A DNA stretch of 64,000 nt from assembly GCA_030704615.1 (NCBI GenBank), contig CM060731.1, positions 60,450,001-60,514,000 of the forward strand, given 5' to 3'. How positions within the stretch are numbered: position 1 is the stretch's first letter; each line of letters opens with the position of its first letter. The translations under genes and the position numbers were made by a program. This DNA is from Takakia lepidozioides (taxonomy: Eukaryota > Plantae > Bryophyta). The notes beneath the pieces are model-generated. The model saw only the letters and a list, made by a program, of their open reading frames with translations, searched no databases and was not told the origin of the DNA. Shown one piece after another: positions 13,799-27,083 of the stretch.

Positions 13799-16700
13799 TC
13801 AAATGGCAGCGCTCTGTGACCCACTCTGTGAAATGCGGGCCCGTCGCTCCTCTGTAAGCCAGTGCGCAAATCTGCACATATTGGTCACACACCTAGGAAC
13901 AATGTAGTAATTTTGAGATGACGGAAGTGCATGCGACTGTCAATCCCTGAAAGACGCAAAGTGATGACAGGATCTAGACACCGTTCGACACTAGTGGACC
14001 CAGAAAGATAGGACAAGTTCACAATTGGCACAGAACAATGATAACCTGTCCAGTTCAATCACCAGGGCTAACTTAGTAGAGTTCTATCACGCACCTATCG
14101 CATCTTTCAAACCTGCCAATTCCCCTTGCCCTGGACATTTGGGAAAGACAATTACACAAACTCGCTTGATTTAAGATTGAGGGGTGTGAAATAAAGCTTT
14201 CACAGAACCAGCTGGCAGATAAAATGTTTGGTTTCAGTGGATACTAGATATTAGATACCTGGTCAAAGCCTCGGCGTTGGTGCCGAACTGAGGCTGTGGT
14301 TCCAGCTTCCCTGTTATCAGGTTCCGAGCGGTCACTGTCTGGTTTAACAAGTTTTTTCCTACAGCGACCAGTGCCTCCATGTTTTTTGGCGTTGCTATGT
14401 CCACCGAAGCAGTATCGCCCTGGAGGCTGTCTGTCTGAGAGATCAAAAGATACTTATTAGAATAACTAGTGGGCAACACTCTCATGTCTTGTGGATAGCT
14501 GAGGATGTTGAGTATTAATTCAAGGTGATTGAACTCCTAGAGGTGTATTTCACTTCGATTTGGACCGGCTGGGTCTAATCTGTGGGAGGTCGAAATTTGA
14601 GCTACTGTAGTTAACTTCGGGTCAGGCCAGCCAGTAATCTCGATGGCACTATCGTAACTACATTTGGTAATGGGTTCGGAAGCCAAATCTACACATACCT
14701 GTGATGCATTTGCAAAACAACCAAATCAGGTCCCGAGATATAAAAGGTCGGAGGTAGATAAGAAGCATCAATTGATGATTTCAGTGCTGCCCACCTGAAT
14801 GCGAACGTAATTACCAAGACACTCTTGGCTGTTAAAGACAATGGCGAGGTTGTAATCCACCATATCCGAACTTCCATAGGAGTAAATATCCAGTAATGGG
14901 ACAAACCCACTGTTGTACACCCACTGCAGTAATCCCCACTTGGCTACCTTAACGGCGTCGTAGCTCTTTTCCTCTTGACCAGTCCCCAGTGACAGCACCA
15001 AAAGATCTGAGTAACTCTGCCAACAAGTTCCATCAAACAAACAAAATCCAACCACCTGCCGGTTCACCTTCTTCGTCTATCCAACTGGACTCCGAGTTAC
15101 TAATTAAGTTCCTTCTTACAGGGGCTTCTGTTAAAGATTTCCAACTGCCACAATTTACGTTCTGCCGTGTCACCAATGGACACTTAATACATGTGGACAT
15201 TCGCTCACAGTTATCATATATAAATGTCTTATCCCAATATTAGTGAGAGTTAGCAAAGGTTGCCAGGAGATGCCATTAACAGACAGCTGAGAAAACGCTG
15301 GGGAAAACTCAGCTGGTGATTACGTGTTAATTTGTTGACTTGGATCTCAGGCTGGACCATCAGGAAGCAGATATGTAGGCAGATTCATGGCTTCTGAAAC
15401 AGCAGTGTCCAAAATTGTAGGTCTTCCCAGGTGCTTTGTGCTTTCCTTTCCCTTTCTTGAGTCTCTTTTACAGCACTTGGACATTTCCAGTAGGTTTGTC
15501 AATTGACATTTTTAAAGCTTCACTTTTTTGTTGGGTTCACTTTTGAAGTTTCAAAAATGCTAGTAAAGAAAAGAAAATTTGGTGGAAGTTACTGAGTCCT
15601 GACCTTGAAGTCCATTCTTTCACGGTAGGAAGCCCCTGTGGTGGCGTCCTTCATTGCCTGTGTTATGGCCACATATGTCTGCATACAACTCGTTCAAAAC
15701 AATTAAAACTTAGGGCAGCTTCACATGCGAGGCCGGTCCCCATGACCTGGATTTGTTTTAATAAGGAGAGGGCCCCCATCATCAATGCACCTATTTTAAG
15801 TCACATGTAGAGTAACGAGTTGATCTTGGAACCCTAATGTCATTAACGTGTCACTTGATGCCACTGCACCGATGCAGTTAAAGCCGCTCAATCCCTCTGT
15901 AGATATTAGTGGCTGGCCTATGTGGGCATGTTCAGCAGGAATCATAGAAAACATGGTAGGCTACCCACAATTCAATCTTTTGAAGTATTGCCCTGAGTGC
16001 AAACAGGATCTTGTGCAAGCGCCTCACCGCCCTTCTATCATGGTTTCAGAGTCGGTTTCAAGGCGTTACAATGACTACCCAGCTACATTCGTCAACTTCT
16101 ACGGAGAGAATTTGAACTCGATCAATTCAACAAATTTGTTCCAAAATGTTTCCACATTGCAACTCCGGCCCCACATGCTGATGCGATTGAGATTATCTTG
16201 AGAAACATCATCAGGAGTAGTGGAATCTATTACAAATGGAGATATAAGATGTTGGGAGCGAAACTGAATCTAGACCGGTCCATCATTGCCCACTCACGAG
16301 TGCACTGACAACAAAAAACGTACAGGATTATTGACTGCCATTCCTCCATCAATCAGATTGTATTGTCTGGTCGTTCCATTGGTCAGATCATCCGTCTGAA
16401 ATTGGATCGCTGGAAGATATGTTGGAGCAGCTGATGTGCCCCGGCACACCTCACGTAAGTACGGATCCGCTAATGGGTCACGTTTTGCCTGAACATTGCC
16501 AAACAGATTAAACCAGTAAAGAGCTGTAATATGTATTGATCAATTGTAATACCCTTGATACTCGTATAATGGAGACCTATGAACTGGAAGGCTTCGGAAC
16601 ATTGTTTGATGAACCTGAGCATAAGAGGCAGACCGCGCGGAGTGGTAGACAGGAATTAAGCAGGAATTAATCACCTCAGTTGTATTGAGGAAGACAGGTT

Positions 16701-17834
16701 GCTCAAGTGTGACATCGAAAGAGGGAATGATCACATTGGTAAGAGTGCTGTGTAGACGCACATTCCCCAACTCCTTCTCTACTACTTCATCCAAGCCCTT
16801 TGCACTGTACTTGGGCCCCATGAGCATGGCGATTACGGTCTGCATATACGAAAAGCATCCACAGCTGTGGGGAACGCAACCCTCCTGAAGTCAGAAAAGT
16901 TCCCCGAGATGTAATGCAATCAATATATGTAAGGTCTCTGTGGGAGTTTTCCGGGGCTCCACAGCTAAGATATCACTAGAAATCTGTGCTCTCGAAGTTC
17001 CATGATCTTGATCCAGATGCCATAGATTACAGTTTCTTCTCGATCTTCATTAAAGTTCATCTGCATGTCAAAGGACTCTCAGGAGGACCATTAATACCTT
17101 CTCTTAGGGAAAATCGTGGCTGCATATTTCAAGTAGAACTGGGTCACATCGGTTGCAGAGTATTTAGGACGATTATCTTTTGGAGGATCGTCGGGGAAGG
17201 ATAACATAGCTGTGATCAGGCCACCCGTGCTGGTTCCTGCAATCACGTCGAAGTAGTCCGCCAGCCGGGCGTCTTGTCCATCCAAGTCCTACCATGATCA
17301 GAACAAAATTTGACAGTGCACCTGTTAAGCGCCACCGTATTGTGATTTACTGGGGGTTTGGACGAGAAATCTTGAGTAACCAAAATGGTGGAATTCAGCC
17401 TTTTGTCTTTGAAATTAGAGTCTGTCAAATTCCTGATTTTCACCTAGCTTTCATAAGACTCCTTTCATTAGCCAACCTGTGATACTTGTAAGATCGATAC
17501 AAATATTAGCATAGTCGATAACACCCCGGGGTGATCAGCTCAACAATCATTCAATAGACACAATAGTATAACGAAGCCAGACGAGGCGAAAACTCTCTCT
17601 CCCTCAAGCCCTGTGGGCTTTTCTTAGGGAAGTATAGATCTAACTGCTGGAAGCTAGCTACACATCCTTTACTTTCCTCTAGCCTCGCTTCGTCAGACAA
17701 TGGTGCACCTGAAGGGCTTTCTCGAGGTATTCGAGAATGGTTGATGGAATTACGCCTCTCACGCCTCCTCCGTCGATACTCAAAATGGTGATTCTCTTTC
17801 CTGCAATTCCTTTGGGATCTGGCAATCCTGCCAT
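13799..17834 (-). CDS. Patatin-like phospholipase (pPLA-II type), 8 exons, tandem paralogue
   Basis: Predicted exons 17834-17709, 17288-17098, 16864-16675, 16488-16324, 15678-15604, 15016-14795, 14434-14259, 13871-13799. Motifs [55 protein letters not shown]; same intron positions and phases as the neighbouring paralogue. Confidence 0.92.
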
Positions 17835-18949
17835 TTTATACAACTCGACTACTTACTGCTTACTAGACTTGGAGATTCCAGTCAAGGGATGCACGTACTC
17901 ACCTGCAAATTGTAACAGACCTGCTAAGTACTATGCGGAGAAAATTAATGACATTGCCATGAGCTGGTATCGATGGGAAAATCAATGTACATGTTTATCC
18001 TCTACTCTGCAAATTGAAGGTTGGAACCCAAGTAGATGGCTGTATACGACGCTTCAACATGGCCAAGGCTTGTCCTTCGTTGCACATGCTCAATCTCGCT
18101 AGAGATGGAGATGTCCATCTGGCAGGTCAGAAGTGTGTGCGGATGAAAGGAGGTTTAAAACAAGAAAGACGCTCCTGGTGAGCGGCCTGCCATCCATAGT
18201 CAGCCACCGCCGCTTCCTGCAGTCAGCTACTTTCCTACACGCAACTCCGTCTACTAGACACCCATCAAGCCTTAATTAAGCTAATCCTACGCAGAATGTA
18301 CATCCCATCACGCGAGATCATGCCCACACACATCACCATATTGTGCCGGGCCAGGAGCAAGCCTCGAGTCAAATGTTCCAGGCTCGCATTGCCTAGATTG
18401 TGTACATTAAACTGCGTTGGTACTAGGTAGCGTCCACGCAAAGTCGTGAAGCACTATCTGCCTGACTGATGGGACGGGTAGCCTACTTACAAAGGAATTG
18501 TACCAGGCGCACAAGTCTCTTGCTGTCGGTAAACCTCCAGGATTCTTGTCAACTGCGTGGTAGGGGTCCCACTAAGTCAAGGTTGGGGAGAGAGATCCTC
18601 TTCCCCCTCTGAAAGTCCACAAGTATCTACACATTAAAACCGGTTCTGATGTGACATCCAATATAGACCTATGTAGCTTTAAGCCCATCATTGAGGCGAC
18701 CTTATGCCTTAACCATGGACCATTTGTTGGAATTGCCCACCACTTCACAAATGTATTAGAATGGGACACGACACATAACTTCAAAAACATGGGGAATTGT
18801 CCAACATTGACAACCTAAAAATCTGACTCCATAAGTTATTGTTCATGGACTTGATGTGCCAATGGCGCTAGCTTCAGCAAGACTCTCTCTCTCTCCCTCC
18901 CTGTAGTAATGTCCCAATTCATGAATTTGATGACTTTGTGTGATAACCG

Positions 18950-20590
18950 GTGGTAGGGGCCGTTTGCACCGCGGTCTCTTCATCCATTACACTAGTACTT
19001 GGTGCTCTTGAGACCCCCAAATGCTTGAACATTGTCTCTTGATGTCTCCTCCATGGAGTCTCTCAAAACCAACATGACAAGAAAGCCACCACACCAAATT
19101 TGGAACATTCTACACCTCACAATGCTCCTCCAATGCCATATCATGGGTGTACTTACTACCCTAGCTGTCATTGGAAGTGTATAAACTTGTAAATGTAATA
19201 TGAACATGTGAACATGGTTGTTTATAGGTGTACAAGTTTTAAGAGTTTATATTGAATCCTCTAAACTTGCACGGACATTATACATCAACATATGCTATTT
19301 TCATGAATTTCTATTAACAAAAAATACTTGAGATTCAATCTCTCCCATCCAAAAATTATGAAATCACCTCAATGCACCCGTACTCATCAAGGCTTTTTCA
19401 GTGGTATCAATACCCCCCTAGAGGCGTTGCTATTTGGGAGATCTCAACGACACTACAAACAAATTTGAACATCATGTGAATTCATTATGTGGAGAGTGAT
19501 CATGATGCAATAATGTCGATGTTCACATTTCTTCCTACATAGTTTACAACGTCAAGTTTGTTGATCCAGCGTGTTTCGGATCATGAAGTTTCAAATACTA
19601 AGCTTTAATGCATTGTGAGTTAGTCACAAAGCTCAAGAATGTCGTTATAGTATTGTTGTTGATATCAAACATAGTGTCTCAAGGATGTCTATTGATGTCA
19701 TAGAAAAACAATTTGTATGGAATCAAATTTTGCTACTGGAGAGAATGTTTCGTCGTAAGTAATCAATATCATACTTTAGAGAGAATCCGTTTGTCAGGAG
19801 TCTGGCCTTGAACCAATCAATGGTTCCATCAGCTCTGGTTTTGATCTCTTCAACCACTTACAACATATTGCAGAATTAGATCCACAATAAGCCATGTTTT
19901 GCTAGTAGTAGTAAAGAAAATCCTCTTCTATGGCTCTCTTCTATTGTATCGGTTGATTTGATCTCATAGCATTGTAAAAATCCTTGGGTTTGTCAACTAC
20001 ATTTCTTGAGTAATTTCGGTTCATTTGCTCCAAAAGATGTAACGAAGTTATCATGAAACATCATGCCAAGATTCAAGGAACTTATTAATTTTTCAATTTT
20101 TACAAACATAGCATCATAACTCAGCCACGTGAGATTCTCTCCTATAAAAGACACTAATATGACCAATTATATCCAATGACTGTTCAGCTAAAACATCCTC
20201 TCTTAGGTTATTTCAGATTATACAAGTCCAATGAAATATCAACTCTTTCCAAACATTGTTACAATTTCCAATCAGCTCACTTTCTCCTAAGAGGAAGCTA
20301 TGCAAGAGCAATCTCAACATTTCCTCAAGATTTACCACACATGCATTCAAACGATCTCTGTCTCAATGACGAATATACTTCTTATATCAAACGATTGGAT
20401 TTGCAACTCTCCATGGTCGACCTTGGATCTCTGAACAGTCTCCTCATGTTGAGATATAGCTAATTCTTCTTGAACTTCAAGAATGACATTTTCACATCAA
20501 ACTACCGGCAATCAAACTATGAAGCTCTTTAATTTATCAAATTGAAGCCAATTTGAGCAATGGATGGAGTGGTGCCTTGGGATCCATGTT
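18950..20590 (-). mobile_element. Mosaic of heavily decayed TE remnants (hAT-like and Ty1/Copia RT-like traces)
   Basis: Minus-strand peptides SETRWINKL near 19560-19580 (hAT TRW-like) and RADGTIDWFKARLL near 19800-19850 (copia RT DGxIDRFKARL-like); no intact ORF. Confidence 0.35.
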
Positions 20591-20752
20591 CAATGCAAAG
20601 ACTACGTGTTGGGATAAAAATCAGGATCATCGATCGATTGATCCCCAAATGTGGAGAGAGAGAAGACTCCGGCCGAAACCAGCATAACTAAGAGCCACTT
20701 CGCCTTGCGGCTACTACCCCATTTCGGGGGTGGGCCCTATGAAAAAAGCAGG

Positions 20753-21310
20753 TGTCACGGACATAGCACAGAGGAACTTACCAAGAGTAAATACCAGAAG
20801 TTACCAAGTTACCATGTTACCAGAAGTTACCATGATCTACCATGATTTATCATAAGTTACCAAGTTATCGGGAGTTTACCAAATTACCCAGAGTAACTTG
20901 AGAAATTGCTCAAGAAACTTCATTTGGAGGAAACTTCTCCATCAAGAAACCTCCATTGGGGAAGCTTCTTAGAGAACTTCCTAGTAGCCAGTATATATAG
21001 AGGCGAGATTGGACACTCTTCAGTCTCGCCAACACAAGTTCAAACTACTCTTGTTCCTAGTCCGAGTACTCCAGTCCAGCTTCTAGTACTCTAGTCCAGT
21101 TTCCAGTATCTGGTACCCCTGTCCAGTTTCCAGCATTCCAGTATTCGAGTCGAATTCCAGTATCTTGTACTATTGTCCATTGTTATAAAGATCATCTTGA
21201 TTCATGTTTACCCATCATGCATTCGGCCACGCCGATCTTGACTTTTTGTCTAGTCTTGTACCTCTAGTCTGATATCTTGTTTGTGTTCAGTCATGTTCTC
21301 GTCCTTGACA
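20753..21310 (+). repeat. 5' LTR of the chromovirus element (contains AAGTTACC micro-repeats and a TATA box near 20992)
   Basis: Aligns by eye along its whole length with 25611-26174. Confidence 0.95.
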
Positions 21311-21430
21311 GTTTGACGGGACTAAAGTTTGTTTCTTAGTTAGTTAAAATGGAAGGCACATTTGCGGAAATGGTCGCCACATTGCAGAGACTTCAGCTCC
21401 AGGTACAAGAACTTTGTACCTCTACTGCCC

Positions 21431-21512
21431 AGAGAGATAGAAGACTCCGACCGAGACCGGCGTAACTAAGAGCCACTTCGTCTTACGGCTACTGCCCCCT
21501 TTCGATGGTAGG
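21431..21512 (-). mobile_element. Extremely 5'-truncated copy of the RLE-LINE 3' tail inserted in gag
   Basis: Close match to 20655-20735; flanked by a 10-bp TSD with one mismatch, TCTACTGCCC (21421-21430) and TCTACCGCCC (21513-21522); removing 92 bp restores the gag frame from the ATG at 21349. Confidence 0.85.
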
Positions 21513-24500
21513 TCTACCGCCCAATTATAAGCTGATCAGTCTCAAGATCTTGGCAACGCTCTCCACAATTTGCAACAACAAATTTCAGAGTTAAAGGAGC
21601 CGAACAATGGATCTTCAACCATACGAGTCCCTACTGCAATAGCTTATACTGCAACGGTTCTTCTTCAACAGATTACGAGAGAACCAAAGATCGGCATGCC
21701 CGAGAAATTTAATGGGACGAGATTAAGATTTCGCGGTTTTGTTCACGACTACATCCACAACGCTACCCCGATTAAGGTATTCAAGTGGGATTCGTGGGCA
21801 CCATTCTATTAGGCACTGCCCTATCTTGGTTTGCACCGCTATTAGAAAAAAATTTGCATTTACTATACAATTTTGAAGCGTTCATATCCGAGTGAATTGC
21901 AGAGACAAAAATGTGAAATCTTCGACTATGAGCACGTCCTGCTTCCGTTTATGCTCCAAATTTCGACAACTTGCGTGCGACCTCGACTGGAATAAGAAAA
22001 GCCGCATTAGTTAGTTTCGATGTAGGTTAAAAGATGATGTAAAAGATTTGATTTAAAAAATTGAAAATGAGCACACTGAAGCGAATTCATCACCCAAGTC
22101 ATTGCATGCGATAATCGTTTGTACGAAAAACGTCAAGAGAAGCGATCTGAATGGTCGACGACACATCATGTCGTTACTACTACGGCACCAAACACAACGA
22201 TCCATCAGACATCCGGTAGTGATCTTATGCAGATTGATGTTGTCCGATTCAAGTCATTGACACCACAAGAAAAACAAAGACGGCACTCGAATGCATTATG
22301 CCTTTATTGCGGAGAAGAAGATCACATAGCATTTAACTGCCCCAACAAGAGAAGATTCAAAGCTCGGGGTGCAACTCAAGTGTTCGATACGAGGAGGTCG
22401 GAAAACGAAGATGTCCAATCACAATAGGGACCATGCGGCTGGACACCACAAATTCATCACCGAAAAAATGTCTCTTTCTACCTCCAGACCCTGCACCTTG
22501 CTTCACAGTTCCGGTAAAAATCAGATTGCAAAATTGAGATATCTCTGTAGAAACACTTTTGGACTCAAGGGCTTCAACATGTTTTATTGACAAAAACTTT
22601 GCGAAACAACACAATTTAACACTCGTAAAGAAGAAACTTTCGGCCCCCACTGAAGTCATCGATGGACGACCGTTAGCATCAGGGGATATTGACCATGAAA
22701 CTCGACCACTTGAAGTGAAGCTTAAAAATCAAACATCACATATTGTTTTCAACGTCATCCAGTCTCCAACGAATCTTGTGATCCTTGGACTGGTTCGTAC
22801 TTCACAAGCCTGACATCGACTGGCGATCGTCTGCAAGACAAAAATGTAGAAATATCAAAGGTATTCAACTTATATTCTTTGGAGCTCTTTTTATGAGAGC
22901 TACCAAAAAAGATGCGGCATTTGCACTTTATGTGACTCTGATCAAGACCACAACAGACAAAGGTATTTTCAACATTATCTACTTAATATCAAGATTTCAA
23001 TGATGTCTTCAAGAAAAAAAATGCAGACATATTGCCAGAAGTTCGACCTTATAACTTTGCAATTGAGTTACAAGAAGGAGCCCAACCACCATTCGGCCCA
23101 ATCTAAAACTTATCCCAGACGGAGTTGGTTGCATTACGTGAATACATTGATGAAAATTTGTCGAAGCACTTCATCTAACATTCAAAATCACCTGCGGGGT
23201 CGCCTATCTTGTTTGTGAAAAAGAAGGACGGATCATTACGTATGTGTGTAGACTATCACGGTCTCAACGAAGTTACAATTAAGAATCGTTATCTGTTGTC
23301 GCTGATTTTTGGGCTTCTCGACCAACTGGGACGAGCGAAGATTTTCACCAAAATTGACTTGAGATGAGCTTATAACCTTGTACAGATAAAATAAGGAGAC
23401 GAATGGAAAACAGCTTTTCGAACAATGTATGGACATTTTAAATACAGTGTTATGTATTTCGGTCTTACAAATGCTCCAGCAATTTTTCAGCATATGATGA
23501 ATAACATCTTTCGAGTATTTTTAGATGACTTTGTAGTCATCTATTTGGACAATATTTTGATATTTTCACAGAATGAAAAAGAACATGGCTGACATGTACA
23601 TCTTGTCCTTGATAAATTAAGAGAAATAGGACTATATGTCAAGTTGGAAAAATGTCTTTTTCATTAATCTGAGGTCGAATTTCCGGGCTACATTATTTCT
23701 GACAAATGCGTCTTTATGGATCAGAAGAAAATACAAACCATCATCGAGTGGATTAAACCAACTTCGGTCCGAGATGTATAATGTTTTCTGGGATTTGCAA
23801 ATTTCTATAGAATCTTCATCAATGACTATTCCAAAACTGCTGCACCATTGACACGACTCACAGGGAAGGACAAATTTGTATGGGACGAGAACGTTGACCA
23901 GACATTTGAAAGGCTGAAGCAGGCATTTACAACGGTTCCAATACTGGTACATACAGACCCATCTAAACCATTCTTTTTGGAAGCAGATACATCGAACTTT
24001 GTATTTGGCGCTATACTTTCTCAATACGGTACGGATGGCCGACTTCACCATGTTGGTTTTCGTTCTCGCAAATTTTTCGCTACAGAGATCAATTATGAAA
24101 TCCTTGACAAAGAACTTCTAGCGATCATCGATGTTTTTGAGGAGTGACGTCATCTATTGGAAGGAGCTAAACATTAGGTCACTGTCTACACCGATCACAA
24201 AAACCTCGAATATTTTATGAGTGCTCGTATTTTGAATCGACGTCAAGCAAGATGGGGTATGTCACTAGCAAGGTTTGATTTTGTTATTACCTATCGTTCC
24301 GGACATCTTCAAGGGAAACCCGATGTTCTTTCTCGACGATCATATCTTGCGCCGAAAAAAAATGAGGCAACTTTCGACTAACAGAAATTCATCATCTTGA
24401 AACCAGCAAATCTGCAATTGAATATGTTATCCATGTCCACTTATGACGATGCACAGATCATAAAGGAAGCACTGAAGAGCGACCAATTTGCTACGACACT

Positions 24501-25610
24501 ACGAAGTCAACTAAATCAACCTCGAGACAACCCACATCTTACAAACGACTTCGAATTCAAAGATGACTTACTTTATTTCAAGGGACTTCTCTATGTACCT
24601 CCAGGACCTACACGACTTCGAATTTTTCTAACATGTCATGAACTTTCGGCTGCAGGACATTTCGGCTTCAACAAAACAATGGAATTGATATCCAGGGACT
24701 ATTGGTGGTCGCAGATGTGGAAACTCGTGAAAGAATTTACAAAATCTTGTGACACATGTGCTAGGACGAAGGGACCACGACATCGACCTTACGGCCTTCT
24801 TCAATCAATACCCATTCCCAAGGGTCCATGGTCGTCCTTGTCTATGGACTTTATTACGGACCTCCCAATTTCCAAGACCACCGATTCAATACTTGTTATT
24901 GTGGATCGTTTTACGAAGATGACACATTTCATTCTATGCAATAAGACGGTTACGGACGAGGAAACTTCAAGAATCTTCTTCAACAATATCTACCACATCC
25001 ATGGACTCCCGAATGACATCATATCTGATCGAGGACCATAGTTCATATCAAATTTCTGGAGGGGATTATTTCACATATTGGATACTAAGATCAACCTCTC
25101 TACAGCTAATCATCCACAGACTGATGGTTAAACTGAACGCGTAAACCAGATTTTGGAACAGTATCTTCGTTGTACGATAAATTATCACCAAGATAATTGG
25201 ACGGACCTTCTGCCATTAGCCGAGTTTGCCTACAACAATACTGTACATTCTTCGACCAAGCAAACTCCATTTTTCTCCAATTATAGTCATCATCCTCGAG
25301 CAAACCCTTTACACATGAAGACTGTTGGAAGCCATGCTGCTCATCTTGCTACGATTCACAAAGAGCTTACATACCACCTCGCAGAAGCTCAAAAACAATA
25401 CAAGGAGTATGCATATCAACATCGTCAACTCCAACCCCAGTTCAAGGTCGGAGATTGTGTGTGGCTTCTTTGACGGGACATACAAACCTCGCGACTATCA
25501 AGGAAGTTAGATTATCAAGGCCTAGGACCATTCAAAATTATTCGACAAATAAATAGCAAGTCCAAGATTTTACCACTCCTCGATGAACTCGACGCTAGAG
25601 GAAGGGATGA

Positions 25611-26174
25611 TGTCACGGACATAGCCCAGAAGAACTTATCATGAGTAAATACCAGAAGTTATCAAGTTACTAAGTTACCGTATTACCGAAATTTATCGTA
25701 ATTTATCATGATTTATCATAAGTTACCAAGTTATCGGGAGTTTACTAAATTATCGAGAGTAACTTGAGAAATTGCTCAGGAAGCTTCATTTGGAGGAAAC
25801 TTCTCCATCAAGAAGCCTCCATTGGGGAAGCTTCTTAGGGAACTTCCTAGTAGCCAGCATATATAGAAGGCGAGACTGGACACTCTTCAGTCTCGCCAAC
25901 ACAAGTTCAAGCTACTTTTCTTCCCAGTCCCAGTACTCCAGTCCAGCTTCCAGTACTCTAGTCCAGTTTCCAATATCTGGTACCCTAGTCTAGTTTCCAG
26001 CATTCCAGTATTCGAGTCGGGTTCCAGTATCTTGTACTATTGTCCATTGTTATAAAGATCATCTTGATTCATGTTTACCCATCATGCATTCGGCCACGCC
26101 GACCTTGACTTCTTGTCTAGTCTACCTCTAGTCTGATATCTTGTTTGTATTCAGTCATGTTCTTGTCCTTGATA
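25611..26174 (+). repeat. 3' LTR of the chromovirus element
   Basis: Preceded by the PPT and followed by TSD GCAGG. Confidence 0.95.
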
Positions 26175-26266
26175 GCAGGTGTCTAGGGGACACCGAGTAA
26201 CCGAAGAAAAATGGTACATAGGGTGCTGGAGGGAGATTGGATTCGAGTTGTCGCTTGTTAGTAATG

Positions 26267-27083
26267 CACTACAACATATCGCGGTAGTTATGACTGTCAA
26301 ACCGTGGTAGTCATGGTTTTCTTGACTTTGACTGTGACTGTGACTGCACCATGTTTTTATATGAAATTGACCTCCCGCAGTCGTTTATACGACTGTAGTC
26401 ATATGAATGAGTATCTAAATAGTCGTCTGTATAACTACATGGCTCCGGAATGGGCGGAAAGCTGGTCAACGGCAATTGTCCAGATTTAGCTCACCATTCA
26501 TAGTCATTTCCATGACTACAGTGTACATGGATGAGATTACATAGTCATGATGACTACTGGGGATTTTGTAATTTGGTGTGTATAATACAATTAAAACACC
26601 ATATGATCACATAAATGACTAATGGGTGTATTGGTTAGCATGTAGTGAATTATAACTCTTATAGTAAAGAGGTTGCACGTTCAAACTCCTCTAAGTACAA
26701 TCGGATAAGATGGCCTTAGGGTTAATAGGCGAGCTAGGGATAGCACGTGGTAGCCTAGATGGGCTGCCACGTGGCACAATACGGTACGACGCGGCGTCCG
26801 ACATATGTTTTAAATTTTTTAAATTTTTTAAATTAAATTAAATTTTTAATCAATTGCGCCTCGTCATGTGGCGCGGCAAACGGCGACTGCAATATGATGG
26901 TATATATGACTGCAGTGAGAGATATCACTTGGTTCATCTGACTGTAGTCATCCGGACCGTACCATCTTGTACTCATTGTATTCACTTGGTTTGCACGACT
27001 TACAGTCATAGAAGTCATATATACCGTTTATGACTGCAGAATAGTCATATATACAGTCAGAAATACCGCGATCTGTTGTAGTG
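26267..27083. mobile_element. Non-autonomous CACTA (CMC superfamily) element, 817 bp
   Basis: TIRs CACTACAACATATCGCGGTA and TACCGCGATCTGTTGTAGTG (19/20 match); many ATGACT/AGTCAT subterminal repeats; AATG on both flanks (26263-26266, 27084-27087). Confidence 0.9.

Larger units (their letters stand above)
20753..26174 (+). mobile_element. Ty3/Gypsy chromovirus-type (Tcn1/Tf1-like) LTR retrotransposon, full-length but decayed; chromodomain region deleted
   Basis: LTRs 20753-21310 (TG..CA) and 25611-26174 (TG..TA); TSD GCAGG at 20748-20752 and 26175-26179; PPT AGAGGAAGGGATGA at 25597-25610. Gag (PEKFNG; CLYCGEEDHIAFNC), PR (LLDSRA), RT (YLDNILIFS), RH (LEADTS), INT (H..GH...CDTC; LSMDFITDLP; GPFKII). 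Many stops. Confidence 0.95.

Noticed and set aside
20655-20735. Hammerhead ribozyme, rRNA fragment or group II intron domain V in the repeated 80-mer
   Set aside because: The GAAA and CTAAGAG segments leave no room for stems I and III, and resemblance to rRNA or domain V is limited to a few bases; it is better explained as a LINE 3' UTR.
26620-26700. tRNA gene (A-box-like TGGTTAGCA, B-box-like GTTCAAACTC)
   Set aside because: No convincing cloverleaf; it lies inside a non-autonomous CACTA element, so it is at most a tRNA-derived relic.
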